The position numbers and the translations under genes were made by a program. Of a DNA stretch of 37,399 nt, positions 20,070 through 32,311 are shown piece by piece. Positions within the stretch are counted from its first letter, which is position 1. Each line of letters opens with the position of its first letter. The notes under the pieces were generated by a model, which worked only from the letters and a program-made list of their open reading frames with translations, did not search any database and was not told where the DNA came from. This DNA comes from Octopus bimaculoides (lineage: Eukaryota), in assembly GCF_001194135.2 (NCBI RefSeq), contig NC_068990.1, positions 23,598,976-23,636,374 of the forward strand, written 5' to 3'.

Positions 20070-20640
20070 CGTAAACACACACGTGCTGATGGCATGTAAA
20101 AAACACCCAGTACACTCTGTAAAGTGGTTGGTGTTAGTAAGGACATCCAGCTGTAGAAACCATGCCAAAACAGACAATTAGAGTCTGGACAGCTTGCCAA
20201 CTTGGCCAGTTTTATGTCAAACCATCCAACCCATGCCAGCATGGAGAATGGATGAGCGTGGCTTACCAGTTTGAGCATGGCCGTTGCAAGTACCACCTGA
20301 CTGGCCTTCGTAGGATTTTCGAGCGAGATCGTTGCCAGTGCCCCTGGACTGGCTCTTGTGCGGGTGGCACATAAAATGCACCAATTTGAGTGTGGCCGTT
20401 GCCAGTACCTCCTGACTGGCCTTCGTGCGGGTGACACGTAAAAGCACCCACTACACTCTCTGAGTGGTTGGCGTTAGGAAGGGCATCCAGCTGTAGAAAC
20501 TCTGCCAAATCAGATTGGAGCCTGGTGTTGCCATCCGGTTTCACCAGTCCTCAGTCAAATTGTCCAACCCATGCTAACATGGAAAGCGGACGTTAAACGA
20601 TGATGACGATGATGATGATGATGATGAAGATAATGAAGAT
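20070..20640 (+). mobile_element. Two tandem family D elements (variant 20070-20250; hairpin-array copy 20257-20640) with (GAT)n tail
   Basis: Hairpin monomers at 20286, 20334, 20401, then ggaagggcatccagctgtagaaac...ggacgttaaacgatgatg. Confidence 0.85.
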
Positions 20641-20844
20641 GATGATTAAATAATTTCGCTACTGCATTGTTATTCATTATAGTGCATTCACATTGTCATT
20701 AATTAAAATAATCAGTTTGTTGAATTATTTAAATTAAAAAGTTTTATTAGGTTTTTGACTAAGTTATGAAATTAATTATTTTGAATTTAATTGAACTATG
20801 GTGCTCTTTAGGGAAATACACCACTATTCTGAATAGTGATTATT

Positions 20845-21000
20845 GGTGTAGCTATGGCTGTGTGCTTAAAAATTTTGCTTCCTAACCTTGTGGTTTTAGG
20901 TTCAATCTCACAACAAGGCACCTTAGGCAAGCATTTTCTACTATAACCCCAGAGAAACCAAAGCCTTATGAGCATATTTGGTAAACAGAAGGTGAAAGAT
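20845..21000 (+). mobile_element. Family C SINE 5' half
   Basis: atggctgtgtg...ggttcaatctc...caccttaggcaagca...ctataacc..caaagccttatgag. Confidence 0.6.
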
Positions 21001-21039
21001 GTTCTTTATATATATATGTGTGTGTTTGTGTGCATATCT

Positions 21040-21785
21040 GCTTTCTTTTATTCTTTTATTTGTTTCACTCATGTGACTTTGGCCATGTTGGAGCACCACC
21101 TTTAGTTGAACAAATCGACCCCAAGACTTATTCTTTGTAAGCCTAGTACTTATACTATCGGTCTCTTTTGCTGAACCATTAAGTTATGGGGATGTAAACA
21201 CACCAACATCAGTTGTCAAATGATGATGCAAGGACAAACACAGGCACACAAATACATACGTCGATGCTAGGTCTGCCTGACTGGCTCCTGTGATGGTGGC
21301 ACATAAAAGCACCATCCAAACATAGCTGATGCCAGTACCCCCGATTGCCCCCCCCCCTTCCTCATGCCAGTAGCACATAAAAAGCACTATCCAAATGGGA
21401 TTGATGTCAGGCCCGCCTGACTGGCCCCAGTGCCAGTGGCATGTAAAAAGCACCCACTACACTCTCATAGTGGTTGACATTAGGAAGGGCATCCAGCTGT
21501 AGAAACACTGCCAGATCAGCTTGGAGACTGATGCAGCCGCTCGCTCCCCAGACCTCAGCAAAACCGACTAACCCATGCCAGCATGGAAAACGGACGTTAA
21601 ACGATGATGATGATGATGGTGGTGATGATGAATGGGCTTCTTTCAGTTTCCATCTACCGAATCCACTCACAAAGCTTTGGTCAGCCCGAGGCTATAGTAG
21701 AAAACACTTGCCCAAATGCCATGCAGTGGGACTGAACTTGCAACCATGTGGTTGGGAAGCATACTCCTTACCTCACAGTCACACT
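21040..21785 (-). mobile_element. Family C SINE with a family D element (+, ~21260-21629) nested in its central microsatellite
   Basis: C 3' half at 21040-21259 and C 5' half at 21630-21785, separated by a D copy ending in (GAT)n. Confidence 0.8.
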
Positions 21786-22082
21786 TGCTGAAAATATAAT
21801 GTGGAACAATAAAACAGAAGATATATCTTTTGCTTAATTTCTGATATATAATATTAATTATACAAATTAGTGGCTCCATTTCCTGTAGCTACTGGATTTG
21901 GTGATTATGTAAACAAATTGGCTGCTTATTTTCTCTGGGATCGGTCAAATGATGTAAACACTTTGTATGAGAACCTGATAAAGTATGAAAATCAATTAAA
22001 GCTGTTCATTATTTCTCAAGTGAAGGAGGAAATAGTTAGATTTGTTATGTTTGCATGTCTTCTATGTAGGTTTGCATACATA

Positions 22083-22323
22083 CAGTAATCCCTTGCCGTA
22101 TCACGGTTGATCTATTGCCGTCTATTATTTAAGATTACCTCGATTCCTCCGTGGTGTTGTTTTGCATTTACAATAAACTAAATATATACAAATTATAAAA
22201 ATAATAAAAAGAAATATACAGTACAGTACCATTTCTACTTCGTAGATTTCATCTATCACGAGGGGGGTGGGGGTGGAAGTGGAGGTTTGGAACGTAACAC
22301 CTGTGGTAGTTGAGGGATTACTG
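22083..22323. mobile_element. Tc1/mariner (pogo/Tigger-like) MITE
   Basis: TIR CAGTAATCCCT with TA on both sides. Homologous, in opposite orientation, to 24613-24776. Confidence 0.88.
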
Positions 22324-23258
22324 TACATACATACAGACAGAGAATGTAAACAAATACATATATNNNNNNNNNNNNNNNNNNNNNNNNNNNNNNNNNNNNN
22401 NNNNNNNNNNNNNNNNNNNNNNNNNNNNNNNNNNNNNNNNNNNNNNNNNNNNNNNNNNNNNNNNNNNNNNNNNNNNNNNNNNNNNNNNNNNNNNNNNNNN
22501 NNNNNNNNNNNNNNNNNNNNNNNNNNNNNNNNNNNNNNNNNNNNNNNNNNNNNNNNNNNNNNNNNNNNNNNNNNNNNNNNNNNNNNNNNNNNNNNNNNNN
22601 NNNNNNNNNNNNNNNNNNNNNNNNNNNNNNNNNNNNNNNNNNNNNNNNNNNNNNNNNNNNNNNNNNNNNNNNNNNNNNNNNNNNNNNNNNNNNNNNNNNN
22701 NNNNNNNNNNNNNNNNNNNNNNNNNNNNNNNNNNNNNNNNNNNNNNNNNNNNNNNNNNNNNNNNNNNNNNNNNNNNNNNNNNNNNNNNNNNNNNNNNNNN
22801 NNNNNNNNNNNNNNNNNNNNNNNNNNNNNNNNNNNNNNNNNNNNNNNNNNNNNNNNNNNNNNNNNNNNNNNNNNNNNNNNNNNNNNNNNNNNNNNNNNNN
22901 NNNNNNNNNNNNNNNNNNNNNNNNNNNNNNNNNNNNNNNNNNNNNNNNNNNNNNNNNNNNNNNNNNNNNNNNNNNNNNNNNNNNNNNNNNNNNNNNNNNN
23001 NNNNNNNNNNNNNNNNNNNNNNNNNNNNNNNNNNNNNNNNNNNNNNNNNNNNNNNNNNNNNNNNNNNNNNNNNNNNNNNNNNNNNNNNNNNNNNNNNNNN
23101 NNNNNNNNNNNNNNNNNNNNNNNNNNNNNNNNNNNNNNNNNNNNNNNNNNNNNNNNNNNNNNNNNNNNNNNNNNNNNNNNNNNNNNNNNNNNNNNNNNNN
23201 NNNNNNNNNNNNNNNNNNNNNNNNNNNTAAAAGAAACAATTTGTGAACATTGAATCTT

Positions 23259-23441
23259 GGTGCATCCTCTGTCATGGTGCATCCTCTGTCATGGTGCATC
23301 CTCTGTCATGGTGCAGCCTCTGTCATGGTGCAGCCTCTGTCATGGTGCAGCCTCTGTCATGGTGCATCCACTGTCATGGTGCATCCTCTGTCATGGTGCA
23401 TCCTCTGTCATGGTGCATCCTCTGTCATGGTGCATCCACTG
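23259..23441. repeat. 17-bp minisatellite GGTGCATCCTCTGTCAT, ~10.8 copies
   Basis: Directly counted. Variant blocks: GCAGCC in copies 4-6, CCACTG in copies 7 and 11. Confidence 0.97.
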
Positions 23442-23784
23442 CTCTTGTGTGACAAAGACAGATACTTGATCTTTTGTTGTAAGAGTTATGCAGAAACAGG
23501 TGGATGAGTTCATTTGACCTTTTCGCAGTGACTTTTATGCCTGAGAGGTCATTTGAAGTGACCTACTTAAATGCAATATAGATGTTTACACCCATATCTA
23601 TTAAATTCACAATTCATAACTAGTTTGTTTAATTCATAATGTACAAGGTTACTATTTTTCTACATGAGAAGATGACAAAGGACTGGGCTGATTGGCAATT
23701 TTCTGTCCTTGTGAAGCTCCATCCATCACAACAATACAACATCCCAAAGGCATTCTCTTCTTGCTTGTAACCTATTCATCATCA

Positions 23785-24447
23785 GTGGAGGCGCAATTGG
23801 CCTAGTGGTTAGGGCAGCAGACTTGTGGTCGTAGGATAGCGGTTTCAATTCCCAGACCGGGCGCTGTGAGTGTTTATTGAGCGAAAACACCTAAAGCTTC
23901 ACCAGGCTCCGGCAGGGAATGGTGGCAAACCCTGCTGTACTCTTTCACTACAACTTTCTCTCACTCTTTCTTCCTGTTTCTGTTGTACTTGTATTTCAAA
24001 GGGCCAGCCTTGTCACACTGTGTCACGCTGAATCTCTTCGAGAACTACGTTAAGGGTACACGTGTCTGTGGAGTGCTCAGCCACTTGCACGTTAATTTCA
24101 CGAACAAGCTGTTCCGTTGATCGGATNNNNNNNNNNAGACCGGGCGCTGTGAGTGTTTATTGAGCGAAAACACCTAAAGCTTCACCAGGCTCCGGCAGGG
24201 AATGGTGGCAAACCCTGCTGTACTCTTTCACTACAACTTTCTCTCACTCTTTCTTCCTGTTTCTGTTGTACTTGTATTTCAAAGGGCCAGCCTTGTCACA
24301 CTGTGTCACGCTGAATCTCTTCGAGAACTACGTTAAGGGTACACGTGTCTGTGGAGTGCTCAGCCACTTGCACGTTAATTTCACGAACAAGCTGTTCCGT
24401 TGATCGGATCAACTGGAACCCTCGCTGTCATAACCGACGGAGTGCCA
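23785..24447 (+). mobile_element. tRNA-derived SINE (head H1 + tail T2); internal 273-bp duplication is an assembly overlap
   Basis: Imperfect TSD ACCTA(A)TTCATC(A/G)TCA on both sides. 23854-24126 is identical to 24137-24409 across a 10-N gap. Confidence 0.88.
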
Positions 24448-24504
24448 ACCTAATTCATCGTCATGCATTCCACACATCTCATTCCCCTAACACTTAACCC
24501 CTGA

Positions 24505-24965
24505 TGGCTAGCTGTTATTTAATAGAAACTTCTGGAATTGCTTGCAGTTCTTGGCTTTATTTGCTGCCTCACTGCACCTGTTTCATATCCAGGAGATTTC
24601 AGCTTGTATATACAGTAATCCCTCAGATATTCCAGGTGTTATGTTCGAAAACCTCCCACAGAAATCTGCTGAAACCTGTGATATAATGGGGAGTCTGTTG
24701 TATAAATTTACATGTATTAGCCAGAAAAATCCACAATGTACTGAGTGCGTGATAGGTGAACCACGAGGGATTACTGTAGATGGCTTTGGCTCCAGTGAGG
24801 GGGGCTGATTGATAGTGCACAAACTGATCCTTACTGGCTGCTTTCTTGTAGAAGTTTGTGTTGTAGCTGGATTCTTCTGTCATAACCTTGAGTTGGAAGT
24901 TGAGCTGAGAGAAGGAACTCATGTTGTTAGGGCGTTTGATCTTAGACTTAATATGGCCATCAATG
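24505..24965 (-). pseudogene. Penelope-like element RT C-terminal/linker remnant, interrupted by a MITE
   Basis: IDGHIKSKIKRPNNMSSFSQLNFQLKV...TNFYKKAASKDQFVHYQSAPLTGAKA|IYIQAEISWI*NRCSEAANKAKNCKQFQKFLLNNS*P resembles the Penelope pattern FYxKP..K..FVHY.SA.P..AK..YI..E..RI..RCS. Confidence 0.72.
24613..24776. mobile_element. Tc1/mariner (pogo/Tigger-like) MITE
   Basis: TIR CAGTAATCCCTC, TA TSD at 24611-24612 and 24777-24778. Confidence 0.9.
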
Positions 24966-25399
24966 TTGTTGGATTTGTGATATATATATGCATGTAGCCT
25001 CCATTCAAACGTTAGGATTAGGATGTCCACTGCATACTTGTGAAAGAAGGCTTAAATATCACTCAATACTTCTATCATACTCTGCTACATTCATATATAT
25101 GCGTATGTATGTATGTATGTATGTATGTATGTATGTGTGTATATATGTATATATGTCCTGAGTATGACATTAAACTGCATCCAGTGGTGAGGCTTCAGGT
25201 TGAGAATTCTGAAGTTGTAGGGAGTATGGAGTCATCTCTTAATTACTTTTACTCCCTGGTCCATTGTCAGGATACTGTCTGTGGGTTAAATAGATTTTCA
25301 AGGGATAGAGGGGGGCTCTCATTATTTTTGACAAAGTCATAGGGAGGGCAGCTCTTCTAGGACAAAGATACTCTGACATAAAACTTGCAGCCAAAACAG

Positions 25400-25815
25400 T
25401 TACCAGTCATCTTTCTATGCTTGGCTTCCGTGCCAGTGACATGTAAATAACACCACTTGAGCGTGACCGTTACCAGTGTCGCCTTACTGGCACTTGTGCT
25501 GGTGGCACGTGAAAAATCATTTGAGCGAGGTCGTTGCCAGTGCCGCTGGACTGGCTCCTGTGCAGGTGGCACGTAAAAACCACCACTTTGAGCGTGGCTG
25601 TTGCCAGTACCGCCTGACTGGCCCTTATGCCGGTGGCACATAAAAGCACCCACTACACTCTCGGAGTGGTTGGCATTAGGAAGGGCATCCAGCTGTAGAA
25701 ACTCTGCCAGTTCAGATTGGAGCCTGGTGCAGCCATCTGGTTCGCCAGTTCTCAGTCAAATCGTCCAACCCATGCCAGCATGGAAAGCAGACGTTAAATG
25801 ATGATGATGATCATG
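25400..25815 (+). mobile_element. Family D element
   Basis: Hairpin monomers at 25472, 25536, 25603, plus the tail and (GAT)n. Confidence 0.85.
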
Positions 25816-26130
25816 ATGATATAAATGTATGTATGTATGTATTCTATTGTATACTATATCATTGCAGCAAAACAATTTACACCCCAGTAGTTTGTTAATT
25901 GAATTACCTTCCTACAAAATACATTATACATGCAAACCTGTCTGTCTGGTATACACAAGCTCATAGCATTCATGGATTTATGAGCAATGTTACCATGAAC
26001 AACTAATGGTGGCTCTTGATCAGTGATAAAACCCCCAACACAGGATTTAAACTTGCTCACCTTATCACTCTCTTTTTTTCTTTTATCATAAAGACAGTGT
26101 ATAGAATATTGTATGAAGTATCTCTGTTTG

Positions 26131-26400
26131 GGTGCATGGTCTAGTGGTTAGGGTGCTGCACTTGCATTTGCAAGATTGTGGTGTCAATTCCTGGATCGGG
26201 TTGTGCATTGTGTTGTTGAGCAAAATACTTCATCTGATGTTGCTTTGTGATCACTTTGACACCTGGTGCGTGATACACCATGTACCTGTTGAGGCAATGT
26301 TGATTTGATGGAGGGACTGAGCTAATGTCTGGAACGAACATTTGATCGTTATAAACAAATCATTTGTGCTGGTCGTTCGGCAAGAGATTGCAGAACCATC
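26131..26400 (+). mobile_element. tRNA-derived SINE (head H2 + third body T3)
   Basis: tggtctagtggttaggg / gtgtcaattcctgg / tgtgttgttgagcaaaatact head. The body is unrelated to T1 and T2. Confidence 0.6.
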
Positions 26401-26424
26401 TTTCTTGAACCATAAGCCTGCCAT

Positions 26425-26511
26425 ATCAGATTGGAGCCTGGTGCAGCCATCTGGTTCGTCAGTCCTCAATCAAATCGACCAACCCATGCTAGCATGGAAA
26501 CTGGACGTTAA

Positions 26512-26545
<34 letters not shown>
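26425..26545 (+). mobile_element. Family D 3' tail fragment with (GAT)n
   Basis: tcagattggagcctggtgcagccatctggttcg...ggacgttaaatgatgatg. Confidence 0.8.
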
Positions 26546-26581
<36 letters not shown>

Positions 26582-26674
26582 TTTTGATATATTGACATTA
26601 GGAAGGGCATCAAACTGTGGAAACCCAGCTGAAGTAGACATTGTCCTCTGGCTCATTGCTTCCTCTTGGACAGT

Positions 26675-26889
26675 CTAACATGATGATGATGACGATGATG
26701 ATGATGATGAAGATAAGGATGATGATGATGATGATGACGATGATGGGGATGGCGACGATGGCGATGAACTTTTTACTGCACCAACACACAAGCAAGAGCT
26801 TTCTCTTCTCTCTCTCTCTCTCTCTGCTTCACCAGTTTTGCAGGTCTCACCAAAGTCATGGGTGCAGCTTTGTTTCTTTTGATTAGGCT

Positions 26890-26938
<49 letters not shown>

Positions 26939-26955
26939 TAATAATAATAATAGTA
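26675..26955. repeat. Imperfect (GAT)n, (CT)n and (AAT)n microsatellites
   Basis: Direct observation. Confidence 0.9.
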
Positions 26956-27251
26956 CAAATATCTCCATAACAGTGGTAGACTTCTGTTGATATGTTGCCA
27001 TAATATTGATTGAAATTACTATAACTACAGCTTTTCTGTTTTGTCTGTGGGGAAGGCGTATAACTTTGCTTTAACCTCTATGCATCAATTACTCTCAAGT
27101 ACCATTTACTACTTCATGGCTGAGTGATCTGCAGCAAGAAATGTATCAGCATTTGCTGCAACAGTATGCACATTTTTACAATTTTATGTTAAAAAGAAAA
27201 AAGAAAAGAAAAGATGATGCACATTGCTGATATATAGAAACAAATGGTTAT

Positions 27252-27254
<3 letters not shown>

Positions 27255-27283
<29 letters not shown>

Positions 27284-27349
27284 ACACATATGCATATATA
27301 TTTATAAATACAGACATGCACACAAACACACACACATACACACACATAG

Positions 27350-27413
<64 letters not shown>

Positions 27414-27660
27414 TGGAAGTCAACTCGTGACCAGTATAAGGCCATTATAAACCTGTTTTACTCTAAGAAACATTTCATGTTTAGTCTCCCCATTGCTATG
27501 TACACCCACACCCATCCAAACACACACACAGACACACACATGCACACATATACATACACATATACATACATGCACGCACACACATACACACACACACACG
27601 CACACAAACACATGGAAATACACAGACGCACACATACACACACACACAGACGCACATATT
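27255..27660. repeat. Compound (TG)n/(TA)n/(CA)n microsatellite field
   Basis: Direct observation. Confidence 0.9.
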
Positions 27661-27764
27661 TTTATCTTTTATTCTTTTACTTGTTTCAGTCTGCCCCATG
27701 CTGGGGCACAGCCTTGAAATTTTAGTTGAATAAATCATCACTAGTTTAGATGTTAAAGGGTTTG

Positions 27765-28010
27765 GATGGGCATCCAGCTGTAGAACACATACCAAATCAG
27801 ACTGGAGTCTGGTGCAGCTCTTCAGTTGGTCAAACTGTTCAGCCCATACCAGCATGGACATCATCATCATCATCATCATCGTTTAACGTCCGCTTTTCAT
27901 GCTAGCATGGGTTGGACGATTTGACTGAGGACTGGTGAAACCGGATGGCAACACCAGGCTCCAATCTGATTTGGCAGAGTTTCTACAGCTGGATGCTGTT
28001 CCTAATGCCA
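27765..28010. mobile_element. Tail-to-tail inverted pair of family D tails around (CAT)n
   Basis: (+) 27765-27858 and (-) 27860-28010. Confidence 0.8.
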
Positions 28011-28339
28011 AGATGCCCTTCCTAACGTCATTAAATGATGATGGTGAGGATTTTTTAACGAACTAAAATAATTTCAATTGTATGTTTACACCAGTATTTC
28101 TGAGATATATTAGAAAATATGCAGTAGTTTTGATTCTATGTATTGCTACTATTTAGGTAGCCCTACTCTCTAGGTATCACTCTGCTTTTTATGTACCCCT
28201 GTTATAATATGTAACCTCATTATCATATGTAATACTGTTAGTGATGTAGCCCTGTTATTTATATAGACCTTTTGTTTATTTAGCCCTATTGTTTATAGAA
28301 GCCCTGCTGTGTTTATAAGGCCAGCTATTTATGTAACAC

Positions 28340-28795
28340 TATCGGTGGAGCGCTAAGAGCACCGTCCGAGCGTGTTCATTGCCAGAGCAGCTGTCTAGCT
28401 TCCATGCCAGTGGCACGTAAATAGCACCATTTGAGTGTGATTGTTACCAGCCTCGCCTTACTGGTACTTGTGCCGGTGGCACGTGAAAAAACATTTGAGC
28501 GAGGTCGTTGCGAGTGCCACTGGACTGGCTCCTGTACAGGTGGCACATAAAATACTCCATTTTGAGCATGGCTGTTGCCAGTACCACCTGACTGGCCCTC
28601 ATGCTGGTGACACGTAAAAGCACCCACTACACTCTCGGAGTGGTTAGCATTAGGAAGGGCATCCAGCTGTAGAAACTCTGCCAGATCAGATTGGAGCCTG
28701 GTGCAGCCATCTGGTTCGCCAGTCCTCAGTCAAATCGTCCAACCCATGCTAGCATGGAAGGTGAACGTTAAACGACGATGATGATGATGATGATC
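28340..28795 (+). mobile_element. Family D element
   Basis: Monomers at 28446, 28510, 28577, plus the tail and (GAT)n. Confidence 0.85.
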
Positions 28796-28829
28796 TATAT
28801 AACCTTGCTATTTATATAATCCTAATTTA

Positions 28830-28975
28830 AGTTGGCAAGCTGGCAGAATCGTTAGCGTGCCGGGCGAAATGCTTAATGGTATTTCGCCCGTCACTACATT
28901 CTGAGTTCAAATTCTGCCGAGGTCGAGTTTGCCTTTTATCCTTTCGATGTTTATTAAATAATTACCGGTGAAACA
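28830..28975 (+). mobile_element. Family B SINE, 3'-truncated
   Basis: ggcaagctggcagaatcgttagc...gagttcaaattctgccgaggtcgag. Confidence 0.8.
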
Positions 28976-29924
28976 TTGGGGCCTTGTGCCTATTGTAGAA
29001 TGGATTTATTTAATCCCAATTATTTATATTGCCCCTGGTATTTATGTAACCCTGCTATTTATATGACACCTGATATTCATATTGCTTGGCTGTTAATGTA
29101 CCCTTGTTCTATATTTCCTTGTTATAAACATAGCCCTGCTATTTATACAGTGTTATTTTTCTTGCCCCAGATTTCCTCCATATTAGTCCTTGGCATGTTG
29201 GTAGAGTATGGAGGCCTGTTTTTTGTCGTCATATTGTCTCAAATGTTCATTTAGTCTTTCCGCAACGCTCCTAGATGTTTCTCCTATGCATGTCATGTTC
29301 ATGACTTTACAAGCATCTTCTATGCATCTTATGCTGTAGACTACATTTCTAGTTCTACAGTTAATACCAGGTTCTTACCCACTTTTATTAAATTGGAGCT
29401 ACATTGTGGGGCAACATAAAAATTTAAGCAGCAAGGTTGTTTATATTTCAAGGCTGTTTATGTATCATTGTTTTTCTTCCACTTCACTACTGATGTGGAG
29501 TGAATGAGACAACATCTATAACATATAAATGTAAATAACATACCTGTATTTCCATGGTGTTTATCTAACACCAATTTATCTCCAGCCTAGCTAATAATCC
29601 AGAGCCACATAGTAGGGCAACATAACACACACACACACACACACACACACTCATGAATAAGAAGCTGTTTGTATTTCTGTGATGTTTATATAACCCTATT
29701 TTATTTACAACCTCACAGTTAACCTGGAGCTGCACAATGGGGAAACATGTATAACGAATTTAAATAATAAGGTTATTTATATTTCCACCCTGTTTATCCA
29801 GCTTCATGTGTCTTCATGTGATGATTCAATGTATTGTGTCACCCAGGTTTGACAATTTTGTAATGACTTCATGTAAAATCAAAATGACTTGAAATTAATC
29901 ATGTTCATATTCTGTTATTCTGTT

Positions 29925-30151
29925 ATTCTGTTACTTGTTTCAGTCATTAGACTGCAGCCATGCTGGTGCATTGCTTTGAAGAATTTTAGTCAAATGAATT
30001 GACCCCAGTACTTCTTTTTTTTTATATTTCTAAGCCTGGTACTTATTCTGTTGGTCTCTTTTGCCAAACTGCTAAGTTACAGGGATGTAAACACACCAAC
30101 ACTGGTTGTCAAGAAGTGGTGGAGGATAAACACAGACAAACAGAAACACGC

Positions 30152-30183
<32 letters not shown>

Positions 30184-30335
30184 TCAATGAACTTCTTTCA
30201 GTTTCCGTCAACCAAGTCCACTTGCAATGATTTAGTCATCTCAAGGCCATAGTAGAAAATATTTGCCCAAGGTGTCGTCACACAGTGAGACTGAACCTGG
30301 AACCATGTAGTTGAGAATCAAACTTCTTACCACCC
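29925..30335 (-). mobile_element. Family C SINE, decayed full length
   Basis: Both halves flank a (CA)n core. Confidence 0.75.
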
Positions 30336-30847
30336 ATTTCCATCCTGTTTATTCTGTCTTGAGTGTACTATAAAAATTCCAGGACAGTCAAACCGTGTAT
30401 AACTTTAAAGTCATGATTTGATATATTGTCATGCAAGCTTGCCAATTTTGTAATGACCTGGTGTAAAACCGAAATAGCTTCATTCTTATGTAACAACCTG
30501 TAATTAGTTATATTGATATGAAAGTATTATAATTACGTTATGGAGTCTCAATGGTGTAACTATCAATTTGTGACCTTTTATAGAATTAAAGACACATACA
30601 GCTGAATAAATAAGATGTTGGAGAACTAAACTGGTCTTCTGATCTTTGTCAAGTCATGCAACTCGTGATAACTGTGTTGTGTGTTAAACCTTTAGTTATA
30701 GCATGTGTAGGGTAAATTGTTATTACAAGTAGTGGCACCACTGTAAAATCTGGCTTGTTTTTTCAGTACTTGTGTTCAGTTCCTTCAGTGGTGAAAATCC
30801 ACCGACCAGCATACTTCCAAGAGGAGATTAATTTTCTGTTATCTTAA

Positions 30848-31072
30848 CCCTTTCATTTTCGTATTAATTTTGAGATGATCTGTGTTTTTTTTTTCAATTA
30901 ATTTTAAATATAACAAAGAATTTAGTAAAATAACTTAGTTATCATTCAGCTAGTGTTAGGAATATAAATTGTGACTAAGGTTTGGTGGAAGATTGTAATT
31001 CAAATCTTATGAAAACAAGACATTTGTACTCAGAGCCAGAGCCGGTTTCGGGCCGGGTTGGTAATGAAAGGG
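30848..31072. mobile_element. piggyBac-type MITE, 225 bp
   Basis: TTAA at 30844-30847 and 31073-31076. Perfect TIR CCCTTTCATT/AATGAAAGGG. Confidence 0.9.
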
Positions 31073-31454
31073 TTAATAATTTACCTACCAAACCCATTTT
31101 GAGCTCATTTTGCTTTTGTACTAGCAGTCTAATTTTGTTATAAACTATGCAGGATTTAAAATTTTTAATGTGATAAATATTCTAATTTTCTCTTCATTAG
31201 CACTTTGCTTGCCAAGCCCATTTTGCATGTATTTTCTTATGCACCAGTAGTCTAATTTTGTTACAAATTATATGTTTACAATTGTTTGACCATATATATG
31301 TTCTAATTCACTGAATAAACAACCACATTGACTTAGAGCATGGATACCATCAGTGATTCCTGCTGTACAGAACAAATACAATATTCATTCTGTACTGTGG
31401 GAGACACCAGTGATGCATATGTTACAAAGCATTAAAATGTCTGTTATAATTCCA

Positions 31455-31641
31455 TATTCTTTTACTCTTTTACTTGTGTCAGTCATTTGACTGTGGCCAT
31501 GCTGGAGCACAGACTTTAATAAAGCAAATCGACCGCAGGACTTAATATTTGTAAGTCTAGTACTTATTCTATCAATCTCTTTTGCTGAACCGTTAGGTTA
31601 CGGGGACATAAACACACTAGCATCAATTGTCAAGTGATTTT
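31455..31641 (-). mobile_element. Family C SINE 3' half running into a gap
   Basis: tactcttttacttg...ggccatgctggagcac...gtacttattctatc. Confidence 0.8.
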
Positions 31642-32104
31642 NNNNNNNNNNNNNNNNNNNNNNNNNNNNNNNNNNNNNNNNNNNNNNNNNNNNNNNNNNN
31701 NNNNNNNNNNNNNNNNNNNNNNNNNNNNNNNNNNNNNNNNNNNNNNNNNNNNNNNNNNNNNNNNNNNNNNNNNNNNNNNNNNNNNNNNNNNNNNNNNNNN
31801 NNNNNNNNNNNNNNNNNNNNNNNNNNNNNNNNNNNNNNNNNNNNNNNNNNNNNNNNNNNNNNNNNNNNNNNNNNNNNNNNNNNNNNNNNNNNNNNNNNNN
31901 NNNNNNNNNNNNNNNNNNNNNNNNNNNNNNNNNNTGTCTGCTTTGGCAATATGTGTTTTTTTGTGGGGGTCTGATGGGAGGCAAATGGAAGGGTCGCCCC
32001 GGGCGGCACACACTCTAGCTACGCTAGTGCATGTGTGTATGAGTGTGCGTGTGTGTGTATGAGTGTGTGTGTGTGTGTGTGTGTGTGTATGAGTGTGTGT
32101 GTGT

Positions 32105-32290
32105 GTGTGTGTGCCTCCCACCCTCCACCGGTGTTGGCATGACTGTGTGTCTGTAACTTTGCGGTTCGGCAAAAGTAACCGAAGCTGAAGGAAATAAGTA
32201 GCGTGGCCGATTCATTCGGCTAAAAATTCTCGAAGGCGGTGCTCCAGTATGGCCGCAGTCTAATGACCGAAACAAGTGAAAGATAAAAGA
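32105..32290 (+). mobile_element. Family C SINE 3' half (variant subfamily)
   Basis: gcggttcggcaaaag...gaaggcggtgctccagtatggccgcagtc...gaaacaagtgaaagataaaaga. Confidence 0.75.
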
Positions 32291-32311
32291 CATATTTCTT
32301 TAGAGGATGCT

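Larger units (their letters stand above)
28190..29150. repeat. Old degenerate ~20-bp repeat (A(A/G)CCCTGCTATTTATAT) broken by SINEs
   Basis: Motif recurs at ~28250, 28282, 28300, 28800, 29049, 29131. Confidence 0.6.

Noticed and set aside
23854-24409. 273-bp tandem duplication
   Set aside because: Identical copies directly flank a 10-N gap, typical of unmerged contig overlap.
25854-26060. Protein-like minus ORF (…VHGNIAHKSMNAMSLCIPDRQ) with possible splice sites
   Set aside because: Several competing donors and acceptors and no recognised domain.
1651-31974. Long ORFs made of X runs or YI/TH/CV dipeptides; poly-Met ORF 26641-26886
   Set aside because: Artefacts of N-gaps and of (TA)n, (CA)n and (GAT)n microsatellites.
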